64,000 nucleotides of DNA, from contig CALKIF010000007.1 of NCBI GenBank assembly GCA_937988715.1, forward strand, positions 2,042 to 66,041, in the 5' to 3' direction. This stretch comes from an uncultured Alphaproteobacteria bacterium (lineage in GTDB: Bacteria > Pseudomonadota > Alphaproteobacteria > Puniceispirillales > Puniceispirillaceae). Position numbers and translations under genes: made by a program. This document shows, in pieces, positions 41,278-51,553 of the stretch (positions are counted from its first letter, which is position 1; every line of letters starts with the position of its first letter). A model generated the notes under the pieces. It ran no database searches and had not been told where the DNA came from. It saw only the letters and a program-made list of their open reading frames with translations.

Positions 41278-42129
41278 ATGTCACGTTTTGCTTATGTAAA
41301 TGGCCAGTATCTTTCGCATCACAATGCGGCTGTTCATATTGAGGACAGAGGCTATCAGTTTGGTGATGGTGTTTATGAAGTTGTGTTGCTGATTGACGGC
41401 AAGATGGCAGATTGCGAGGGGCATCTGAAGCGCTTGCAGCGGTCTCTTGATGAGCTGAGCCTGTCCAGCCCGGTATCAGATGCGGCTCTGCGCCAGATTA
41501 TGAACCGCCTTATTCGCCTGAATCGCCTGAAAACAGGAATAATTTATATCCAGATCACACGCGGCGTCGCCCGGCGGGACCATAAGTTTCCCCAGCACAG
41601 CCATCCCAGCCTGGTGATGACAGTCAAGCATCTGTCTGTAAATACAGGCCAGCAGCTGGCCGGCAAATCAGCGATCACGGTCCCTGATCAGCGTTGGGAG
41701 CGGCGGGATATCAAAACCATACAATTGCTGCCAAACTGTCTGGCAAAACAGGCCGCTGCTGAACAGGGGGCTTATGAAGCGATCATGGTAATGGCAGATG
41801 GTACGGTCTCAGAAGGATCATCTTCAAATGTGTGGATTTTAACTGAGTCCGGCCAACTGATCACCCGTCAGGCCAATGAAGCCATTTTGAACGGCATTAC
41901 CCGTCGTTCTATTCAGCGCATCGCCGCAGAACGCCAGCTGGAGATCATTGAACGGCCATTTACGGTCGCAGAGATGATGGCCGCAAAAGAAGTATTTGTC
42001 ACCAGTGCAACCTCAATGGTTACAGCCCTGACACAAATTGATGATAAGCAAATTCATGAGGGTGAAGTAGGCCTCATTGCCACTGCCTTAAAGGCTGACT
42101 ATATTGAGTATATACAGGCCGGTGAATAA
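41278..42129 (+). CDS. Class IV (D-amino-acid / branched-chain) aminotransferase, D-amino-acid transaminase-like
   Basis: VHIEDRGYQFGDGVYEV, HLKRLQRS and EGSSSNVW. Confidence 0.8.
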   Translation: MSRFAYVNGQYLSHHNAAVHIEDRGYQFGDGVYEVVLLIDGKMADCEGHLKRLQRSLDELSLSSPVSDAALRQIMNRLIRLNRLKTGIIYIQITRGVARRDHKFPQHSHPSLVMTVKHLSVNTGQQLAGKSAITVPDQRWERRDIKTIQLLPNCLAKQAAAEQGAYEAIMVMADGTVSEGSSSNVWILTESGQLITRQANEAILNGITRRSIQRIAAERQLEIIERPFTVAEMMAAKEVFVTSATSMVTALTQIDDKQIHEGEVGLIATALKADYIEYIQAGE

Positions 42130-42181
42130 AGCCTGATAAAGGCGGGATAACGCCCGCGACCAGCTTATCAAAGGCGACAAG

Positions 42182-42424
42182 ATGGATAAAACACATAATC
42201 TTCAGGATGTTTTCCTGAATCAGGTCAGAAAACAGCATGTCCCTGTGACTATCTTTCTGGTCAATGGCGTCAAGCTACAGGGCGTCATCACTTGGTTTGA
42301 TAATTATTCAATGTTGCTGAAGCGTGATGGCCATATTCAACTGATTTACAAACATGCGGTCTCCACCATAATGCCGTCCACACCGCTGAACATGCAGGAT
42401 ATAGAAGGTGAAGAACACAGCTGA
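42182..42424 (+). CDS. hfq: RNA chaperone Hfq
   Basis: [40 protein letters not shown]...YKHAVSTI carries Sm1/Sm2. Confidence 0.97.
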   Translation: MDKTHNLQDVFLNQVRKQHVPVTIFLVNGVKLQGVITWFDNYSMLLKRDGHIQLIYKHAVSTIMPSTPLNMQDIEGEEHS

Positions 42425-43256
42425 TTCAGGCGTTGTGGTGTCTGATGAAGCGGTTTTATCCATCCTGCGTGAGGCGGCGGAACGTCTGATTCTCCCCCGT
42501 TATCAGAACCTTGCCGATACAGAGGTGAAGACAAAAACCTCTGCTACAGATTTTGTCACCATCGCTGATCGTGAGGCAGAAGCCTTTATTGCCCCGGCTT
42601 TACTGTCTTTATTGCCGGGGTCTGGCTGTATTGGCGAGGAAAGCGTGGCAGAGGGGAAAATGGCCATCAATGCCGTTGATAAACGCTTTATCTGGACTGT
42701 TGATCCTGTTGACGGGACCCGGAATTTTGTTGCCGGGACTGAACATTTTTGTTGCATGGTCAGCCTGATTGATGATCTGGAGCCGATAAAGAGCTGGATT
42801 TACAGACCGTTGCTTGATGATGCGGTTGTGGCCACAAAAGGCAAAGGGGTTCGCCATTATCAGGCAGACGGTCAGGTCGTAACCTGTACAGCCCGCTGCC
42901 GTGAAGGAGAGATGCCGACATTACAAGGCACGTTAAACGCGATGGGGTTTGATCTGTCTATCAGAAATGCGGTCAGGGACAGGTTGCGGGGCTTGAAAGG
43001 GCGCTTTCATTTAGGCTCAGCAGGTATTGATGCGGTCTATATCGCCCTTGGTCAATCTGATTATCTGATGCACAGCAAGCTGACGCCATGGGATACGGTT
43101 CCGGTGGATTTAACCTGCCGTGAACTTGGCTATCACGCCGGACTGGCCCCTGATGCCAGACGGTTTGGCTGGCAGGAAAAAGGCGTGTTTCTGGCCGCCA
43201 GCAGCCCTGAACAATGGCACCATATGGCCCGTTATATTTGGTCAGGCGTTAGGTAA
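42408..43256 (+). CDS. Inositol-monophosphatase-family phosphatase (IMPase/CysQ/HisN-like)
   Basis: [21 protein letters not shown] and [10 protein letters not shown] are the IMPase motifs. The start is uncertain: GTG 42408 overlaps the hfq end by 17 nt, and in-frame GTGs at 42435/42438 would not. Confidence 0.8.
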   Translation: MKNTADSGVVVSDEAVLSILREAAERLILPRYQNLADTEVKTKTSATDFVTIADREAEAFIAPALLSLLPGSGCIGEESVAEGKMAINAVDKRFIWTVDPVDGTRNFVAGTEHFCCMVSLIDDLEPIKSWIYRPLLDDAVVATKGKGVRHYQADGQVVTCTARCREGEMPTLQGTLNAMGFDLSIRNAVRDRLRGLKGRFHLGSAGIDAVYIALGQSDYLMHSKLTPWDTVPVDLTCRELGYHAGLAPDARRFGWQEKGVFLAASSPEQWHHMARYIWSGVR

Positions 43257-43278
43257 ATATTTTTATTTACTTTATTGT

Positions 43279-44097
43279 TTAAGCGCTGTTTTTTGCCTTT
43301 TGCCACAGCTGTTCCATTTGCTCCAGGCTGGCCTGATCAACAGAACTGTTCTGCTGCTCCAGCTGATCTTCAATATATCTGAACCGGCGTTCAAATTTAC
43401 GGTTGCACCCCAACATGGCGGTTTCAGGGTCAATACCGGCCTTGCGGGCAAGGTTGGCGGCAACAAACAGGATGTCGCCAATCTCATCTTCGAGCCGGGC
43501 TTTATTATCCGGTGTGTGCGTCATCACTTCGGTCAGCTCGTCAAGCTCTTCATGCATCTTGTCGATCACCGCATCCATATCCGGCCAGTCAAAACCGACA
43601 CGCGCTGCCCGTTTCTGCAGCTTTGCGGCCCTGACCATAGCTGGCAGGGTTGTGGCCACACCGTCCAGAACGCTTAACCGGCTGTCCTTTGCTGCTTCTG
43701 CGCGTTCAGCCTGCTTTATTGCTTCCCAATTCTGTTTCACAGCTTCGCCGTCTGCAGCAACGCCTTCGGCAAATACATGCGGATGACGGCGGATCATTTT
43801 GTCACTCACCCGGCGCGCCACCTCATCAAAGGTAAAGCTGTCTTCTTCTGTGGCCATCTGGGCATGAAACACCACCTGTAGCAGCAGATCACCAAGCTCA
43901 TCACAGATTTTATCCCGGTCACCTGTAAAGATCGCCTCACTGACTTCATACGCTTCTTCTATCGTATAAGGGGCGATGGTTGAGAAGGTTTGCTGAATAT
44001 CCCATGGACAGCCGGTTTCAGGATCACGCAGACGGGCCATGATGTCGAGCAGACGGGACAGATTGGGCGATTCTTGTGACATGTATACTGCTTGCAT
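43279..44097 (-). CDS. mazG: Nucleoside triphosphate pyrophosphohydrolase MazG
   Basis: CPWDIQQTF, EEAYEV, ELGDLLLQVVFH and a second EExGDxLF repeat (DEIGDILFVAANLAR). Confidence 0.9.
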   Translation of the reverse strand: MQAVYMSQESPNLSRLLDIMARLRDPETGCPWDIQQTFSTIAPYTIEEAYEVSEAIFTGDRDKICDELGDLLLQVVFHAQMATEEDSFTFDEVARRVSDKMIRRHPHVFAEGVAADGEAVKQNWEAIKQAERAEAAKDSRLSVLDGVATTLPAMVRAAKLQKRAARVGFDWPDMDAVIDKMHEELDELTEVMTHTPDNKARLEDEIGDILFVAANLARKAGIDPETAMLGCNRKFERRFRYIEDQLEQQNSSVDQASLEQMEQLWQKAKNSA

Positions 44098-44152
44098 TAT
44101 AATAGAGGACAGGTCAATATCTGGCTGCTGTCAAAACTGAAGGAATGCCGCT

Positions 44153-44932
44153 ATGAGTGATGCTGAAAACATGTTTCAGCCTGCACAGACTGCCCAGAAG
44201 GGGCTGATCGCCCGTTTGCGCAGCTGGTTTTTCACCGGGCTTTTGGTCACTGCACCGGTTTTGCTGACGATTTATATTACCTGGCTGTTTGTGGATGTGA
44301 TAGATGGCCAGGTAGAAGCACTGATGCCGTCATGGGTGCGTGACTATATTTCTGTTAACGCGCCTGTGGTGGGCAAACTGCCCGGGGTGGGTTTGCTGAT
44401 AGGGGTGGTTATGATCACCGTTATTGGTGCTGTGGCAGCCGGGTTTATGGGCCGCTGGCTGATCAGTTTGGGTGAACGTATTCTGAACAGGATGCCCGTG
44501 GTCAGGTCAATCTATGGCGCCTCAAAACAGATCCTTGAAACAGTTTTATCGACTCAGTCTGATGCGTTTCGTGAAGTGGTGTTGGTTGAATATCCACGCA
44601 AGGGGTTGTGGGTTCTGGGATTTGTGACCGGCGCAACAAAAGGTGAGGTTAAAGACAGTCTGGACCAGCAAACCGTCAATGTGTTTATTCCGACTACACC
44701 AAACCCGACATCCGGGTTTCTGCTGTTCTGTCCGCATAAAGATTTGGTCTATCTTCAGATGAGCGTTGAAGACGCTGTAAAGCTGGTGGTTTCTGGCGGC
44801 ATTGTCACCCCGCCGCAGCCCGCGCCGGAAAAACCCAAAAAGAAGCTGGCGAAAAAAGCTCAGCCTGCGGCCAAGACGAAGGCTAAACCGAAATCAGGCG
44901 CTGCCAAAAAGGCAAAAGCTGTAAAATCATAA
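44153..44932 (+). CDS. DUF502-family membrane protein with Lys/Ala/Pro-rich C-terminal tail
   Basis: Two TM segments, R.PVVRSIYGASKQ and FIPTTPNPTSGF blocks typical of DUF502, and the tail PPQPAPEKPKKKLAKKAQPAAKTKAKPKSGAAKKAKAVKS. Confidence 0.7.
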   Translation: MSDAENMFQPAQTAQKGLIARLRSWFFTGLLVTAPVLLTIYITWLFVDVIDGQVEALMPSWVRDYISVNAPVVGKLPGVGLLIGVVMITVIGAVAAGFMGRWLISLGERILNRMPVVRSIYGASKQILETVLSTQSDAFREVVLVEYPRKGLWVLGFVTGATKGEVKDSLDQQTVNVFIPTTPNPTSGFLLFCPHKDLVYLQMSVEDAVKLVVSGGIVTPPQPAPEKPKKKLAKKAQPAAKTKAKPKSGAAKKAKAVKS

Positions 44933-44943
44933 AAGATAATTGC

Positions 44944-47055
44944 TCAGCCTGATTCGAGGAACTGAACCGCACTGTCTCTTTCAAACAGGCTTAACAATAG
45001 CGCGTAAGGGGCCATATCGGGGTGATCAAGATTATGGCCGCGCGCCAGGACCCGTTCAGCTTGCTGGCGGGCCAGAGCCAGCAGATCACCATGTGCAGCC
45101 AAATCAGCCAGGCAAAATTCCGGCAGTCCGGATTGCCGCTGGCCCAATACTTCTCCTGGCCCGCGCAGGCGCAAATCTTCTTCAGCAATGACAAAGCCGT
45201 CATTTGTCTGCCGCATGATTTTTAACCGCGCCTTGGCGGTCTCGCTTAACGGAGACTGATACATCAGAATACAGGATGACGCTTTGTCACCCCGCCCGAC
45301 CCGGCCGCGCAGCTGGTGCAATTGGGCAAGGCCAAACCGTTCAGCATGTTCAATGATGATAATTGTGGCCTCAGGCACATCAACACCAACTTCTATCACT
45401 GTTGTGGCCACCAGCAATTTGCTGTCCCCTGATTTGAACGCTGCCATAGCCTGTTCACGTTCATCAGCCTTCATCTTGCCATGTGCCAATGTCGCGTTTG
45501 CGTCAGGCAATACAGCAGTTAGCGCGCGATGCCTATCTTCGGCGGCGGCGACATCCAGCTTGTCTGTTTCTTCAACCAGCGGGCAAATCCAATAGGCCCG
45601 TTGTCCGTCTGCCAGCGCGGCGGCCAGCCGGGCGGTTATATCTGCCAGACGTTCCTGACTGACAAGGGCCGTTTCAATCTCCTGGCGGCCAGCTGGTTTT
45701 TCATCCAGCCGGGATACCGTCAGATCGCCATAGGCCGTCATCGCCAGCGTGCGCGGGATGGGTGTTGCGGTCATCACCAGAACATCACAGCCATGGCCTT
45801 TCTGGCCCAACACCAGACGCTGGCGAACCCCGAACCGGTGCTGTTCATCCACCACCGCCAAAGCCAGATCAGCAAAGCTCACCTCATCTGTCAGCAGCGC
45901 GTGTGTGCCGATGACAATGGCCTGCGTGCCGTCAGCAAGGCTGTCTAAAATCTCTTTGCGCTCTTTTTGTTTGGTTGCGCCGGTCAGCAGTACTGGCGTC
46001 AGCCCGAGCGGGGCCAAAAAGGCAGAAAGACTCTGATGATGCTGGCGGGCCAGTATTTCTGTCGGGGCCAGAAGGGCGGCCTGCGTGCCTGCTTCAACCG
46101 CGGTCAGCATCGCCATCAACGCCACAAAGGTTTTACCAGAGCCCACATCCCCTTGCAGCAATCTGAGCATCCTGTCTGCTGAGGCCTGATCAGTGGTGAT
46201 TTCGCTGATCACCCGCTTCTGGGCGGTTGTTGGCGTAAAGGGCAAGCTCGCCAGCAGCTGGTCTGTCAGCTGGCCTGTTCCTGCAATCACGCGTCCTGGC
46301 AGGGCAGTTTTGGTCTGTTGGCGGATAAGCCCAAGGGCGAGCTGGTTTGCAAACAGCTCATCAAATGCCAGCCGCGCCCGGGCAGGGGCTGTCGGGGATA
46401 AATCAGTAACGGCTTGCGGGGCATGGGCCTGCAACAAGGCTGCTTTAAATTCAGGCCAGCGGCGGGCCGCTTTGACTTCCTCATCAATCCAGTCTTCAAG
46501 GCTGGGTACGGTTTTCAGGCCAGCTTTTATCGCATTGCTTACTGTGCGGGCCTTCAGACCTGCGGTCAGCGGATAGACAGGTTCGACCTGGGGCAGGGTG
46601 TCTGCCTTTTCAATCGGCAGGATAAAATCAGGATGCGGCATTTGCAAACGGCCCTGAAACCGTTCAACCCGGCCGCTGATCAGGCGGCGTTCACCCACCG
46701 GCAGGGTGGTTTTCAGATAATCTGTCTGTGCATGGAAAAAGACCAGCTCAATCTGGCCACCTGTCGTTTCTGCGGTCACGCGGGCCGGGCGGCGCGAACG
46801 GGGCGGGGGAATATCTGCTTTCAGGACCAGAATTTCAAATGTGGCGATCTGGCCGTCTTCAGCATCATCAACCGCAGGGCGGGCCCGCCTGTCAATCACA
46901 CTCACCGGTAAGTGGCGCAGCAAATCAATCACATATCGGCCGGTTCGCTTGTTCAACAGCTCAGCCATCTTCGGGCCGACCCCGGGCAAGCTGGTCAAGG
47001 CAGCGAACAGCGCGTAGATCACAGGAGGGCGGGCGATATGCATATGCGAGCACAA
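44944..47055 (-). CDS. recG: ATP-dependent DNA helicase RecG
   Basis: LLQGDVGSGKT (motif I), VVDEQHRFG (motif II), TATPIPRT and QLRGRVGRG. Confidence 0.95.
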   Translation of the reverse strand: MCSHMHIARPPVIYALFAALTSLPGVGPKMAELLNKRTGRYVIDLLRHLPVSVIDRRARPAVDDAEDGQIATFEILVLKADIPPPRSRRPARVTAETTGGQIELVFFHAQTDYLKTTLPVGERRLISGRVERFQGRLQMPHPDFILPIEKADTLPQVEPVYPLTAGLKARTVSNAIKAGLKTVPSLEDWIDEEVKAARRWPEFKAALLQAHAPQAVTDLSPTAPARARLAFDELFANQLALGLIRQQTKTALPGRVIAGTGQLTDQLLASLPFTPTTAQKRVISEITTDQASADRMLRLLQGDVGSGKTFVALMAMLTAVEAGTQAALLAPTEILARQHHQSLSAFLAPLGLTPVLLTGATKQKERKEILDSLADGTQAIVIGTHALLTDEVSFADLALAVVDEQHRFGVRQRLVLGQKGHGCDVLVMTATPIPRTLAMTAYGDLTVSRLDEKPAGRQEIETALVSQERLADITARLAAALADGQRAYWICPLVEETDKLDVAAAEDRHRALTAVLPDANATLAHGKMKADEREQAMAAFKSGDSKLLVATTVIEVGVDVPEATIIIIEHAERFGLAQLHQLRGRVGRGDKASSCILMYQSPLSETAKARLKIMRQTNDGFVIAEEDLRLRGPGEVLGQRQSGLPEFCLADLAAHGDLLALARQQAERVLARGHNLDHPDMAPYALLLSLFERDSAVQFLESG

Positions 47056-47167
47056 ATCTGTTACAAGGCTTTGTCAGCCCTTATGTCTTTTTTTGGTATG
47101 GACAGACCCAGACCGTATCGACATAAAGACAGCAGCCTATCTTAACGCTGATCAGAAGGGTTAATCA

Positions 47168-47464
47168 ATGTCAGAAACACCCGCCCCGCCGCACGGCAAC
47201 GCTTTGCCGGCACGTCAGGCCCGCATCAAAAAACTGATCTACCGGGCCAGCTATACAGGTATGAAGGAAACAGACCTGTTGCTGGGTCAGTTTGCGTCCT
47301 GCTATCTGCCTGATCTCAGTGACGAGGAATTGGATATGTTTGAAGCTTTGCTGGAAGCAGGAGATCCAAAAATTCTGGCCTGGGTACAAGGTGATGAAGA
47401 GGTACCGCCACAGTTTCAGAACAGTGTCATGAATATGATTAAGAGCTTTAAAGTTAAAAAATAA
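47168..47464 (+). CDS. sdhE: Succinate dehydrogenase flavinylation factor SdhE/SDHAF2 (DUF339)
   Basis: RIKKLIYRASYTGMKETDLLLGQFA...EELDMFEALL. Confidence 0.8.
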   Translation: MSETPAPPHGNALPARQARIKKLIYRASYTGMKETDLLLGQFASCYLPDLSDEELDMFEALLEAGDPKILAWVQGDEEVPPQFQNSVMNMIKSFKVKK

Positions 47465-47468
47465 TTAT

Positions 47469-50400
47469 ATGAAATTTATAAATAAAATAAATTTATCAAA
47501 ACAGATCTATGGCTGTCTTGATGCGGTCATTCCGTTGGTGCTGGCCCAATTATCTGAACAGACTGACGGGCTGGTTTTTATCGCCCGTGATGATGTGCGT
47601 CTGGCCCGGATAGAAGCCGGATTGTTGGCGTTGTCTGATCAGATTGAGGTGGTGTCTCTGCCTGCCTGGGACTGTCTGCCCTATGACCGGGTGTCAGCCC
47701 ATTCAACCATCACAGCAAAGCGGGTACAGACGTTATCACGGCTTGCTGTTCTTAACTCTGAGACCGGCGGTAAACCTGTTGTCTTGCTGACCACGGTGAA
47801 TGGCTGGCTGCAGAAACTGCCGCGCTTATCTTATTTTGCGGATACCTCACTTCACCTACAGGCCGGCCAGACCATCACACAAGAGACGATTTCGGCGTTT
47901 CTGTCGCGTAACGGCTTCCGGCGGACACAGACCGTGCGGGAATATGGTGAATATTCTGTTCGCGGCGGCATTCTGGATATCTATCCGCATACAGATCAGC
48001 TGCCGGTCAGGCTGGATTTCTTTGGTGATGAGATTGAATCGATAAAATTCTTTGACTCACTCAGCCAGCGATCTGAGGCGGCTATTAGCCAGGTGGATAT
48101 CCGGCCGGCTCATGAATATCTGCTTGATGAGGATACGATCACACGCTTCCGGCAGGGTTATCTGAAACAATTTGGCGGCCGTGCGGCCCGCGATCATATC
48201 TATGAAGCGGTCTCTGCTGGCCAGACGACCGCCGGTCTGGAACATTGGCTGGCTCTGTTACATGACGGGCTGTTGTCTGTTCATGACCAACTGCCTGAAT
48301 GGCGGTATCTGTTTGATGTTGATGCAGAGGCGGTGTGGCAGGCCCGGCTGGACCAAATTGCTGACTTTTATCAGGCCCGGATGGAAGCGGTTGGCACTGA
48401 ACAGGATCAAGTCTACCGGCCTTTGCCGCCGGAGCAGATGTATCTGACATCAGCAGAGGTCACCAGCTTTCACGCTGAAGGCCAAACCACAATCCTGTCA
48501 GGCTTCAGCAGACCAGAGACAGCAGCGTCTGACAGTGACACAGGCGCGCGCCTTGGGCCGACCTTCGGGGCAGGGGCAGCAAGTGAGGCCTCTCCATCGG
48601 TCGCTGCTGCGCAGCATATCCGCCAGGCTGTCCAGACAAGACCTGTCATTTTAACCGCCGCATCAACAGGGTCGCTCACGCGGATGACAGAGCTGATTGG
48701 CGGGCATCTGGAGGCCGCTATTACACAAGTGGACAGGCTGGATCAGGTTGGCTCGTCTGGGTGTTATGCGCTGCTCTCGCCTGTTGAAGCTGGGTTTGAA
48801 AGTCCGTTTGCCTGTCTGATCACTGAACAGGATGTCTTTGGTGTGCGCAGCTCGCGCCCGCAGGGGCGGCGCCGTGCAGATGATTTTCTGCGTGAGGTAT
48901 CCTCGCTTGAAGCTGGCGATCTGGTGGTGCACGTTGAACATGGCATTGGTCGTTATGAGGGGCTGGAGACAATCCGTTCAGACGGTACCGATCATGACTG
49001 TCTTCATCTCAGCTATGCAGGCGGTGACAGATTATATCTGCCGGTTGAGAATATTGAGCTGCTGTCCAGATACGGCCAGGAAGGCAGCGAGGCGAGTCTG
49101 GATAAGCTGGGCGGGGCAGGCTGGCAGGCCCGTAAAGCCAAAATCAAAGGCCGGATCCGGGAAATGGCTGATCAGCTGATGAAAATCGCGGCAAAGCGTG
49201 AAGTGGCCACTGCTGAACCGTTAAGCCCGCCAGATGGCGTGTTTGCGGAATTTTGTGCCCGTTTCGGCCATCCTGAGACAGATGATCAGCTGGACGCGAT
49301 TTCAGATGTGCTGACAGATCTGTCTTCTGGCCGGGCCACTGACAGGCTGATTTGTGGTGATGTGGGTTTCGGCAAAACAGAAGTCGCTCTGCGCGCGGCA
49401 TTTGTCGCGGCCATGGCCGGATATCAGGTTGCTCTGGTGACCCCGACAACGCTTCTGGCCCGCCAGCATGGCCGCTTGTTTGAAGAGAGGTTCAAAGGCT
49501 TTCCGGTGAATGTGGCCACTCTGTCCCGAATGGCTAAGCCTAAGGAAGCGGCCAATATTAAGGCGGGGCTGAAGGATGGGTCTGTACAGATGGTGGTAGG
49601 CACACATGCCCTGCTGGCAAAATCCATTGAATTCAATAATCTGGGTTTGCTGATTATCGATGAAGAACAAAATTTCGGTGTGGCCCAGAAAGAACGGCTG
49701 AAGGAATTGAGGGGTGATATCCATGTGCTCACCTTGTCAGCGACACCGATTCCGCGGACCCTTCAACTGGCTCTGTCCGGGGTGCGCAATATGTCTATCA
49801 TCGCCACCCCTCCTGTTGACAGGCTGGCGGTCAGGACATTTGTTGGCGGCTGGGACGGGGTGGTCCTGAAAGAAGCGATTTTACGGGAGCGGTTCAGAGG
49901 CGGCCAGACCTTTATGGTGTGCCCTCGCATCTCTGATCTCAGCCGCATTTATGATCGCCTGATAACGCTGGTCCCTGATCTGAAAATTCTGACAGCTCAT
50001 GGGAAAATGTCAGCAACCGAACTTGATCAGGCCATGACAGATTTCGGTGACGGGGCAGCTGATGTGTTATTATCTACAAATATCATTGAATCAGGCATTG
50101 ATATTCCTACCGCCAACACCTTGATTATCCATCGATCTGATATGTTTGGTCTGGCCCAGCTTTATCAATTGCGCGGGCGTGTCGGCCGCAGCAAAGAGCG
50201 GGCCTACGCTTACCTGACCACTGATCCGCAGATGATCCTCACCCCGCAGGCGCGTCGCCGCCTTGAAGTGATGCAGACCCTTGATAAGCTGGGAGCTGGT
50301 TTTTCCCTTGCCTCATATGACATGGATATCCGTGGGGCAGGTAATTTGCTGGGAGATGAGCAGTCCGGCCATGTAAGGGAAGTCGGGATTGAGCTTTATC

Positions 50401-50933
50401 AGGATATGCTGAAGCAGGCGGTTGAGGCGGCCCGCCTTGACCGTTCCGAAACAGCCGAGGAAGAGGCAGAGACAGGATGGTCGCCTCAGATCACTTTGGG
50501 CACAAGCGTGTTGATCCCAGATGCCTATGTGCCTGATTTGTCTGTGCGCTTATCTTTATACAGGCGGATAGGCGCACTTGCTGAAAGTGATGATGTCAGC
50601 CTGATTTCAGCAGAGCTTGTTGACCGGTTTGGCCCGGTTCCGCAATCTGTCAAAAACCTGCTGGAAATTGTTGTATTAAAACAATTTTGTAAGCGCTGTA
50701 ATATCCAGAAGCTGGATGCCGGGGATAAAGGGTTTGCGTTATCATTCAAAGATAATCACTTTGCCCGACCGGACCAGTTGATCGGCTGGATCGCCAAACA
50801 GGGCGGGGCGGTTCAGTTACGGGCAGATCACAAGCTGATTATCAAGACAGACCTGAAAACCAAGGAGGCCAGAGCCGATCAGGCGAGGGGATATCTGCAG
50901 GATATTGCGGGGCTTCTGGACAGCGCGGCCTAG
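47469..50933 (+). CDS. mfd: Transcription-repair coupling factor
   Basis: 1154 aa with a CarD-like segment (GDLVVHVEHGIGRY), helicase motifs (CGDVGFGKTEVA, IIDEEQNFG, SATPIPRT, QLRGRVGRS) and a TRCF domain. Confidence 0.97.
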   Translation: MKFINKINLSKQIYGCLDAVIPLVLAQLSEQTDGLVFIARDDVRLARIEAGLLALSDQIEVVSLPAWDCLPYDRVSAHSTITAKRVQTLSRLAVLNSETGGKPVVLLTTVNGWLQKLPRLSYFADTSLHLQAGQTITQETISAFLSRNGFRRTQTVREYGEYSVRGGILDIYPHTDQLPVRLDFFGDEIESIKFFDSLSQRSEAAISQVDIRPAHEYLLDEDTITRFRQGYLKQFGGRAARDHIYEAVSAGQTTAGLEHWLALLHDGLLSVHDQLPEWRYLFDVDAEAVWQARLDQIADFYQARMEAVGTEQDQVYRPLPPEQMYLTSAEVTSFHAEGQTTILSGFSRPETAASDSDTGARLGPTFGAGAASEASPSVAAAQHIRQAVQTRPVILTAASTGSLTRMTELIGGHLEAAITQVDRLDQVGSSGCYALLSPVEAGFESPFACLITEQDVFGVRSSRPQGRRRADDFLREVSSLEAGDLVVHVEHGIGRYEGLETIRSDGTDHDCLHLSYAGGDRLYLPVENIELLSRYGQEGSEASLDKLGGAGWQARKAKIKGRIREMADQLMKIAAKREVATAEPLSPPDGVFAEFCARFGHPETDDQLDAISDVLTDLSSGRATDRLICGDVGFGKTEVALRAAFVAAMAGYQVALVTPTTLLARQHGRLFEERFKGFPVNVATLSRMAKPKEAANIKAGLKDGSVQMVVGTHALLAKSIEFNNLGLLIIDEEQNFGVAQKERLKELRGDIHVLTLSATPIPRTLQLALSGVRNMSIIATPPVDRLAVRTFVGGWDGVVLKEAILRERFRGGQTFMVCPRISDLSRIYDRLITLVPDLKILTAHGKMSATELDQAMTDFGDGAADVLLSTNIIESGIDIPTANTLIIHRSDMFGLAQLYQLRGRVGRSKERAYAYLTTDPQMILTPQARRRLEVMQTLDKLGAGFSLASYDMDIRGAGNLLGDEQSGHVREVGIELYQDMLKQAVEAARLDRSETAEEEAETGWSPQITLGTSVLIPDAYVPDLSVRLSLYRRIGALAESDDVSLISAELVDRFGPVPQSVKNLLEIVVLKQFCKRCNIQKLDAGDKGFALSFKDNHFARPDQLIGWIAKQGGAVQLRADHKLIIKTDLKTKEARADQARGYLQDIAGLLDSAA

Positions 50934-51553
50934 CTGGGGCGCGCGGCTGTATCAATCACATTCAACAGGATGTCAGGCGGGTAGGCACCGGCCAGGGACA
51001 GGCTGTCATTGAAAATCATCATCGGCACCCCTTCAATGCCAAGCGTATGGCAATCTTGAAGGTCTATCTCCATTTGTGCCTCAGCACTGGTCAGCTGTTC
51101 TGCTAACCCCGCCCGGCTCAGCCCGCAGGCCTCAAGCAATTCGTCCTGAACCTCTGATTTGCCAATATCACGTCCGTCCAGGAAATAGGCCTGATAAAAG
51201 CCGTTTGCCAGAGCCTCGCTATCTGGGCCAGCGGCCAGCAACAGCTGGTGTATGGGGCGCGTATCTGGTGTGCGCTGAATTTTCGAAAACTGGAAATCTA
51301 TCCCGGCATCAAGGCCCGCCATGGCGATCCGGCCATAAACAGCAGATGCGGCGTGACCGAATTTCGCTGTCAGATAGGCCTGGCGGCTCATCCCTTCAGG
51401 CGGCATTGACGGGTTCAGCAAAAAACTGCGCCATCGATAGATAGGCATAATGTCCGGGCGGCGGGCAAAGGCCTGATCAAGCCGTGTCTTGCCGATAAAA
51501 CACCACGGGCAAATAATGTCGGCAAAGATATCCACAGTGATCTGGGTTGTCAT
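50930..51553 (-). CDS. DsbA-family thiol:disulfide oxidoreductase (FrnE/HCCA-isomerase-like)
   Basis: DIICPWCFIGK carries the CPWC active site. Start trimmed to ATG 51553 behind GGAG. Confidence 0.75.
   Translation of the reverse strand: MTTQITVDIFADIICPWCFIGKTRLDQAFARRPDIMPIYRWRSFLLNPSMPPEGMSRQAYLTAKFGHAASAVYGRIAMAGLDAGIDFQFSKIQRTPDTRPIHQLLLAAGPDSEALANGFYQAYFLDGRDIGKSEVQDELLEACGLSRAGLAEQLTSAEAQMEIDLQDCHTLGIEGVPMMIFNDSLSLAGAYPPDILLNVIDTAARPS

Noticed and set aside
47080-47127. Inverted repeat CTTATGTC ... GACATAAG in the recG/sdhE divergent spacer.
   Set aside because: The arms are 8 bp but separated by a 32-nt loop. I could not link it to any known operator, and it may be chance in an AT-rich promoter region.
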